Part shown: positions 58,413-64,000 of the stretch, piece by piece
Position numbering within the stretch: position 1 is the stretch's first letter
Layout of the letters: every line of letters begins with the position of its first letter
Source of the DNA: Vulcanimicrobiota bacterium
Lineage (GTDB): Bacteria > Vulcanimicrobiota > Vulcanimicrobiia > Vulcanimicrobiales > Vulcanimicrobiaceae
Length of the DNA stretch: 64,000 nt
Direction: 5' to 3'
Assembly: GCA_028287525.1 (NCBI GenBank)
Contig: JAQBPM010000300.1
Location: forward strand, 10,232 to 74,231
Made by a program: the position numbers and the translations under genes
The notes under the pieces: generated by a model
Seen by the model: only the letters and a program-made list of their open reading frames with translations
Told to the model about the DNA's origin: nothing
Databases searched by the model: none

Positions 58413-58966
58413 CTCGAGAGGGTAAGCCCGTCGAAACCGACGTTCAGATGGGACGCTCCGGATGGACCGTCCTCGACGATCATCCGTCCCTCGCGCCTCG
58501 GACGATTAGCGACCGCATTCGCATGTCGCGCGTTAGAATGCGCATGTCGGTCGGAGAGCTATCGGCACGGCTCGGCGTCTCCCGGACGCGAGTATCAGCG
58601 TGGGAGAATCACCGAGGGTTGCCCGACGCTGCGAACCTTCAACGCATCGCGCTCGCGCTGGAAACCAGTGCCGACTACTTGCTCGGACTGGATTTGATCT
58701 TCGCGACTCGAGTCTCCAAGGACCCCGGGTTCAAGTTGTACCGCGAAGCGCCGATTGCCCGCGAAATGCGGGAAGAGGGCGAGAGTAAAATCGCTACGCC
58801 GCCGGCGACCGCCGAAGCGGGATCACATCAGCCAAGCGACGCGGAGCGCTTTGCTGCGCTCGAGCGTCAACTTGAAGAGATGCGGCAGCTCGTCGAGCGT
58901 CTTGCTCAGCCGCCAGTTGCCGAAGTCGTGCCAGCACCGCGGAAGAAGCGAGTTCGATCCGCGTGA
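58409..58966 (+). CDS. CI-like XRE repressor (start may be 58448)
   Basis: ISDRIRMSR…ELSARLGVSRTRVSAWENHRGLPD…ETSADYLLG; no S24 peptidase domain seen. Confidence 0.85.
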   Translation: MAREGKPVETDVQMGRSGWTVLDDHPSLAPRTISDRIRMSRVRMRMSVGELSARLGVSRTRVSAWENHRGLPDAANLQRIALALETSADYLLGLDLIFATRVSKDPGFKLYREAPIAREMREEGESKIATPPATAEAGSHQPSDAERFAALERQLEEMRQLVERLAQPPVAEVVPAPRKKRVRSA

Positions 58967-59257
58967 TCGCGTCGAGAAGCGGTAGTTGCTCGTCCATGAT
59001 CGTCCGCCGGTCCATCAGCGTCGCCCCGACGCCGCCGGCCGGGCCCGGCCACCCGACGACAAGAGAATCGCAGAGTTCAGTGACACCCGACTGGCACACG
59101 TCTTCCTCCTGGCGCCAACTCGGCGCATTCTCCACAGATTTTATAAGCCGCTATCAAGCTTGTGCGGCACATGTCCCTACTAAGTCGGCACCAATCCGTT
59201 GCTCTGTAGTTGATCTGTGCCGCAAGCCGACCTCGGGTGGGACGGAACCTCGCATAC

Positions 59258-59590
59258 GTGGACGACGGGCTTTTACGCCTCTTTGGGAAGCGCGTCGCAG
59301 CGCTGCGCGCCGAACGGACGATGACGCAACGCGACGTCGCGCGCAAAGCTGTGATCGATCTCACGACGGTATCGCGGATCGAGCGCGGCATCGGCGATAC
59401 GACGCTTTCCACGATGGAGCGGATCGCGAAGTCGCTCGGCTCGCGCGTCGTCGACATGCTCAGCGAGAGCGGACCGGCGAAGCGGCCGGCGATCGAGGCC
59501 GAGGTTGCGCAGCTGCGCGTCGAGCTCGAGGAAGTGCGTTTGGTCGCGCGCGAGGCGCTGCGGCTGGCGAAGACGCGCAAGAAGCTCTGA
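59258..59590 (+). CDS. Second XRE-family HTH regulator
   Basis: FGKRVAALRAERTMTQRDVA…VSRIERG…TLSTMERIAKSLG, C-terminal coiled coil. Confidence 0.85.
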   Translation: MDDGLLRLFGKRVAALRAERTMTQRDVARKAVIDLTTVSRIERGIGDTTLSTMERIAKSLGSRVVDMLSESGPAKRPAIEAEVAQLRVELEEVRLVAREALRLAKTRKKL

Positions 59591-59605
59591 GCTAAGGGGG
59601 TCCGG

Positions 59606-60217
59606 ATGTATCGGGTGTTGGTTTCTGCAATTGCGGCGGCGCTTTGCTCTGCCGCGCTTTTCGGCACGGCCACCGCGACTCCAAAGCTAAAGCAGACGCC
59701 GAAGGCCGCGAGTTCTCCGCGCCCTAGTCCGTCTCCGGCGCCGGTGCCGGGATCTGCCGTTGGACTGCTGACATGGCAATACAACGATTTCGTCGGCACG
59801 AAGCCTGATGTCGGCGCGTCAGCCTGTCTCATTCCCTTGAGGGCAACTAAGGTTGTCGCAGACGATGCGAAAGGCGTGATGCTGGACGCCCATCTCGGCA
59901 TCGATACGACGATAAACAAATACGGCTGGGTGTGCGGGAAAGCAGATGGCTCTGGAGCCGTTAACCTGGACGCCGTTCCGCCTGGGACGTATACTGCACT
60001 CGTCATCAGCGAAAAGACCACGCGAAACTTCAAGGCGCCGTTAAGCGACTTGGAACTTCAGATCCTTGGCTTCCGCTTCGACCCGGATGCGGTTCGCATC
60101 GTCACGATGGAGCCGAGCGTCTTGCTGCTGCGTCAATGGTCCTTCGTCAGCACCATCGTCGTTCGAAGCGGAACCGTCAGCCACTTCAGCTACGACTTCG
60201 GCCACACGTACTTCTAG
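59606..60217 (+). CDS. Secreted protein in the lysogeny operon
   Basis: Signal peptide, Pro/Ser linker, beta-sandwich-like ADGSG…VPPGTYTAL; lower GC. Confidence 0.7.
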   Translation: MYRVLVSAIAAALCSAALFGTATATPKLKQTPKAASSPRPSPSPAPVPGSAVGLLTWQYNDFVGTKPDVGASACLIPLRATKVVADDAKGVMLDAHLGIDTTINKYGWVCGKADGSGAVNLDAVPPGTYTALVISEKTTRNFKAPLSDLELQILGFRFDPDAVRIVTMEPSVLLLRQWSFVSTIVVRSGTVSHFSYDFGHTYF

Positions 60218-60220
60218 GCG

Positions 60221-60400
60221 ATGAAGATCCGCATCAGCGCCGGCGACGTCTCGATCGAGCGCGAGATCCCGACCGCAGACCGCATCCCCGTGCGCGCGCG
60301 CGAGCCGCTCTATCTGCGGCGCAAGCGCGTGCTCGAGGCCGTCGTGCGGAATAGGCGGCGACAGTTTCGGCTCATCGACGGAGGGCGCGATGCAACGTGA
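60221..60400 (+). CDS. Small basic protein (59 aa)
   Basis: ATG 3 nt after the upstream stop; MKIRISAGDVSIERE…FRLIDGGRDAT. Confidence 0.5.
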   Translation: MKIRISAGDVSIEREIPTADRIPVRAREPLYLRRKRVLEAVVRNRRRQFRLIDGGRDAT

Positions 60401-60635
60401 ACGGCCGTACGGAACGACGCAGGTATGGCTGCTCGAGCATATCGGTGAGCCGGACGTTCGGCATTCGCGGGAGCAGCCTTATCGCCGCGGCAAGAGTCCG
60501 TCCCCCACCGTCTATCGATCCGAGGTGTCCTGGAGATGGAGATGCAACTGCTTTTTCGAATGCAACGGCGTTGGTGGGACCGGGACGCTCTGGCCATGCG
60601 CAAAGCATGAGCCGAGCGTGCGGGATCAGGGCTAG
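60390..60635 (+). CDS. Small Cys/His protein upstream of the integrase
   Basis: WRCNC…C…PCAKH. Confidence 0.5.
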   Translation: MQRERPYGTTQVWLLEHIGEPDVRHSREQPYRRGKSPSPTVYRSEVSWRWRCNCFFECNGVGGTGTLWPCAKHEPSVRDQG

Positions 60636-60676
60636 GCGAAACCGTCGCCGCCGCGGCGAGTCGTAGCGGGGGATCA

Positions 60677-62125
60677 GTGAAAGGGCAGTCCGCCTGGCTT
60701 TTGCTCGTCGTCTCGAGCGAAGCGCAGACCGAATCGATCGACGACTACCGCCGCATGGCGCGTGAGGACGCCGCGAAGAACGGCTGGGCGATCGAGCGCG
60801 AGTTCGCCGGCGCCTCGTCCGGGAAAGACGGTCCACGCGCACTGCTGATGCAGATGACCGCCGAGCTCGAGCTGACGATCGCCGCGTCTCGCCCAGCATG
60901 GGTCTGGATGCGCCGCGTCGATCGCGTCGGCCGTGGGCGCATCGCCGAATCGACGCTCGCGATGCACCGAATCGCAGACCTCGGCGTGCGGATCTGGGAC
61001 CACGACGCCGGCGAAGTCAAGCTCGACACCGCGGCCAACCAGCTCATCGCGTCTTTTCGCAGCGGCATGGCGGCGATGGAGAACGAGGTCCGCCGCGGCA
61101 AGGCCGTCGCCGTCTACGCGAAGCGCCGCGCCGCCGGCGCCGTCATCGGCAACAAGATGCCCTACGGTCTCGCGCTAGGCCCCGATCGCAAGTACATCGT
61201 TCAGGAGCCGCAGGCCGAAGCAGTGCGTGCCGCGTTCCGCATGGCCGCGGCCGGCCAAGGCTGCGTACAGATCGCCCGCGAGCTCGAGAAGATCGCGCCG
61301 CCACATCGCTACGCGAACGGCCGGGCGCACGCCGTGCGCTGGACGGATTCGCGCGTCTCGAGGATGCTGCGCGCGCGAGCCTACGTCGGCCCTGTCATTG
61401 ACGAGCTGACGTTCCTTCGCGCTGAGCGCGCGCGGGCAGCAGTGACGCACGCCTCGAGCGGACGCCGCTGGACCTGGCCGCTCGCGACGTCGCTACGTTG
61501 CTTCTGCGGCCGGTCCATGTCCGGGATCGCATCCGGACCCGAAGGCCGGCGGATCCGCTACTACTACTGCCGCGCGCGCTGGAATCACGATGGTCGGCTG
61601 CGGATGGTGCGCGCGGAATCTCTCGAGGAACAATTCCTCGCGCTGTTGCGCAAGTACGGCGCCTCGCCGGCATTGGTCGAACGAAAGCGTCGAGCCGCCG
61701 AACCAACTTCGCCGAAAATGCTCGAGAGATCGCTGACCACGACGCGCGCGCGGCTTGCGACCGTCGAGCGGAAGCGTGCCTCGGTGCTGGACCTATACAC
61801 CGACGGCAAGGTCCGCGCCGAGGACGTGCAGGGCCGACTCGACGCGTACTCGGCCGAGCGCGCCGAGCTCGCGGAGCGAATCACCGAGCTCGAGGCGCAG
61901 CGCGCGTTGCTCGCCGACGGGAAGCGCGCGGCCGTCGACGCCTCGGATCTGTTTCGCGAGTCCGCCGAGATCTTCGCCGACGTCGACGAGGCGGCGCAGC
62001 GTGCGATGGCGCGCGGCTTCGCGATCGCGTTCGGCGGCCTCTGCGCCGACGAGGATGGCCGGCTCGTCCCGCGCCGTGTCGAGGATCGAGCGCCGCAACG
62101 GCGCCGGCGGGCAGGCGAGATCTAA
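60677..62125 (+). CDS. Large serine recombinase (integrase)
   Basis: VSSEAQ catalytic Ser, SSGK, VDRVGR, MPYG recombinase domain, zinc ribbon CFCG…YYYC, coiled coil; ends 10 bp from the att arm. Confidence 0.92.
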   Translation: MKGQSAWLLLVVSSEAQTESIDDYRRMAREDAAKNGWAIEREFAGASSGKDGPRALLMQMTAELELTIAASRPAWVWMRRVDRVGRGRIAESTLAMHRIADLGVRIWDHDAGEVKLDTAANQLIASFRSGMAAMENEVRRGKAVAVYAKRRAAGAVIGNKMPYGLALGPDRKYIVQEPQAEAVRAAFRMAAAGQGCVQIARELEKIAPPHRYANGRAHAVRWTDSRVSRMLRARAYVGPVIDELTFLRAERARAAVTHASSGRRWTWPLATSLRCFCGRSMSGIASGPEGRRIRYYYCRARWNHDGRLRMVRAESLEEQFLALLRKYGASPALVERKRRAAEPTSPKMLERSLTTTRARLATVERKRASVLDLYTDGKVRAEDVQGRLDAYSAERAELAERITELEAQRALLADGKRAAVDASDLFRESAEIFADVDEAAQRAMARGFAIAFGGLCADEDGRLVPRRVEDRAPQRRRRAGEI

Positions 62126-62134
62126 GCCCGCGAG

Positions 62135-62166
62135 CGTTGCTGCAGGCCCGGCGTTCTGCTCGCAGA
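62135..62166 (+). other. attR: P arm (62135-62159) plus core TCGCAGA (62160-62166)
   Basis: Matches attL; secretin sequence resumes exactly at the core. Confidence 0.9.
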
Positions 62167-62420
62167 TTATTGGGTTCAACAACAGCTTTCCGATCGTTGC
62201 GAATCGAAAAGTCGACGCGACGCTACGCGTTCGCGACGGCGAGACGATCGTGCTCGGCGGTCTATTCGAAGACGTCGACAGCGAAACGGTCACCAAGCTG
62301 CCGATCCTCGGCGACCTGCCCGTCTTGGGCAGCTTCTTCCGCAACCGTCAGAGTTCGCACACGAAGGACGAAGTGGTCTTCTTCATCACCCCGCGCATCT
62401 TGAGCGCTGACGGGCGCTGA
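62160..62420 (+). pseudogene. pilQ: Secretin PilQ, 3' fragment
   Basis: SQIIGFNNSFPIVANRKVDATLRVRDGETIVLGGL…KLPILGDLPVLGSFF…EVVFFITPRIL secretin signature. Confidence 0.95.
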
Positions 62421-62434
62421 TCTGCTGCCCGGCG

Positions 62435-62692
62435 TTACTCGGAGCGAACCGTCTGGGCCCGCGGGAGCGCCTGGACCGCGGGCGCATGGCCCGCGCGGTC
62501 GTTGCCGCTTCGTTCGGGGAGTGGCTGCACGAGGCCGAGCAGCTCGGCGAGGTTGTACACCTGCGGGATGGTGAGCGTCACCGATGCGTCGGAAAGCCCC
62601 GTGCGGACGACGACGTGCTCGATCACCTCCAGGCCGTCCGCATTCTTCTTGTAGACGACCTCGAACGAGCAGCGGTCATTCGACATGGGCAT
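62435..62692 (-). CDS. Hypothetical host protein
   Basis: 85-aa protein-like ORF convergent with pilQ. Confidence 0.45.
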   Translation of the reverse strand: MPMSNDRCSFEVVYKKNADGLEVIEHVVVRTGLSDASVTLTIPQVYNLAELLGLVQPLPERSGNDRAGHAPAVQALPRAQTVRSE

Positions 62693-62871
62693 GCTGAACC
62701 AAGTTCGTGTTCTGCGGTCCGAAATGCTTCAGACCCAACCGCACGACCAGACATTGGATTCGCAAACACAGAATGCCGGGTATATCGCCCGACGCGAAAC
62801 TGCCAATATTATGACATGCGTCCGGAGCGGCTTTGCCGCACGGAGGGACCGATGACGACGACTGCAAGCGC

Positions 62872-63366
62872 ATGAGCGTGCCGAAACGGGTGCCGATCGA
62901 GCAGCGGACGATTCGCTTCCTTGGGTGGACGGAGCGCGTCTTCTTTGCGATCATCGCGCTCCTGCTCTTCGCGGGCGCGACCGCGCTGCTCATTCACGCG
63001 ACGGCGCACCTTGCGCCGATGTTCGCCGCAGGCGATATCATCAACGAAACGACCTCATTCCTCGATCTCGTCCTGGCTACGCTGATGGTCGTCGAACTCG
63101 CGTACACGGTGATCCTCTCCCTGCGCGGCGCGGTGCTGATCGCCGAACCGTTTTTGATCGTCGCGCTCATTGCGGTGATCAGGCGGATCCTCGTCATCAC
63201 CGCCGGTCACGCTGGTTCTGGGGAAGGCCCGGTCGTGGCGTCGACGCAGTCGCTGCTCGAGCTGGGCGTGCTCACGCTGGTCGTGATCGCGTTCGTCGCC
63301 TCGATCATGGCGTTGCGCTCACGCCCGCGCGATCCATCGTTGGACATCTTCGTGCAGGACGAGTGA
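62872..63366 (+). CDS. PsiE-like membrane protein
   Basis: Four TMs; LMVVELAYTV…EPFLIVALIAVIRRILVI. Confidence 0.8.
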   Translation: MSVPKRVPIEQRTIRFLGWTERVFFAIIALLLFAGATALLIHATAHLAPMFAAGDIINETTSFLDLVLATLMVVELAYTVILSLRGAVLIAEPFLIVALIAVIRRILVITAGHAGSGEGPVVASTQSLLELGVLTLVVIAFVASIMALRSRPRDPSLDIFVQDE

Positions 63367-63458
63367 TTGCGCTGCGCTCGCCTGTTGACTCGCCGACGGC
63401 CCGGCCGTAGCGTGATGCATGCGACCGTTCGCCCTCAGTCCTCCGGTGGGAGCATGCC

Positions 63459-63713
63459 ATGCTGCACGAAGTCAACGAGCGCATCGCTCAGCGTCTTCGA
63501 CCCGAGCTCGAGAAAGAGGACGCCCTCACCCGCGAACAGATCGACGCCGTGATCGCCGCGTTCACGGTGCTCGAGTCGTCGTCGCCGCGCACCGGTCACG
63601 TCCAATACCGGCTGGCGCACCTCGGTCCCGAAATCGAAAAGCGATCCGATGTCGAGGGCGCCATCTCTCGCGCCATTCACGCGGCCGGGTACTACATCGC
63701 GGGCGAAGAGTAG
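63459..63713 (+). CDS. Hypothetical host protein
   Basis: GGAG RBS, 84-aa ORF. Confidence 0.55.
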   Translation: MLHEVNERIAQRLRPELEKEDALTREQIDAVIAAFTVLESSSPRTGHVQYRLAHLGPEIEKRSDVEGAISRAIHAAGYYIAGEE

Positions 63714-63880
63714 CCGCCTACTTGCGGTGGCCTCTCTGCCAGGCGCCCGGCGTTACGCCCACGACCTTCTTGAACACGCGGGGATCACGATCGGCACTAA
63801 GCTCATCCGGCAAAAGGGTTGAATACAAGATCGCACTTTCGAGATCGACTTCCTCGACCTCGGCGTTCATGCGTGCGTGT

Positions 63881-64000
63881 TCACGTTTGGCTAGCGTGCG
63901 GCGTTGCGCGGGCGTCGCGGCCCGGCGGGTCGCCGAAGAGGCGTCGATACTCGCGGTTGAACTGCGAGGGGCTCTCGTACCCGACGTCGAGGCTCACGCT
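63881..64000 (-). CDS. AraC-family regulator, C-terminal end (truncated by window)
   Basis: [21 protein letters not shown]. Confidence 0.85.
   Translation of the reverse strand, partial: SVSLDVGYESPSQFNREYRRLFGDPPGRDARATPHASQT

Larger units (their letters stand above)
4118..62166. mobile_element. Temperate prophage (~58.0 kb, siphovirus-like, serine integrase) inserted in pilQ
   Basis: att sites at both ends, integrase, repressor/cro, replication, terminase-portal-protease-capsid, tail tube-TAC-TMP-Dit, amidase; no sheath gene recognised. Confidence 0.95.

Noticed and set aside
61755-62420. 221-aa ORF as a stand-alone gene or an integrase-PilQ fusion
   Set aside because: Only the part after 62160 is secretin-like; the rest is an alternative frame of the integrase, with no RBS/start or slippery site seen.
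1-64000. CRISPR array, rRNA, tRNA or IS elements
   Set aside because: No regularly spaced repeats, RNA gene signatures or transposase motifs detected by inspection.

Overview
High-GC bacterial chromosome window. A type IV pilus/competence operon (pilD-pilM-pilN-pilO-pilP-like-pilQ, 1-4124) is interrupted inside the secretin gene pilQ by an apparently complete ~58.0 kb siphovirus-type prophage (attL core TCGCAGA 4118-4124, attR core 62160-62166). Removing the element in silico rejoins pilQ in frame (…HPEYSQ|IIGFNNSFP…, 458 aa) and creates an attP with 25-bp imperfect inverted arms around a TC dinucleotide, next to a large serine recombinase (60677-62125). The prophage carries lysis, tail, head/packaging, replication/recombination and a two-tier immunity region, plus a second (tyrosine) recombinase. 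Unusual parts: a 1503-aa tail protein ending in a Hint autoprocessing domain, a probable -1 frameshift fusing the portal to a MuF-like protein, a protein with an Rmf-like head plus three HicB-like repeats, an unannotated 30-aa type I toxin-like peptide, and several envelope-targeted morons. Host genes resume after 62420 (PsiE-like protein, AraC regulator fragment). The protein style resembles Vulcanimicrobiota/Eremiobacterota, but this is an unverified impression. All family calls are by motif recognition; no database searches were run.
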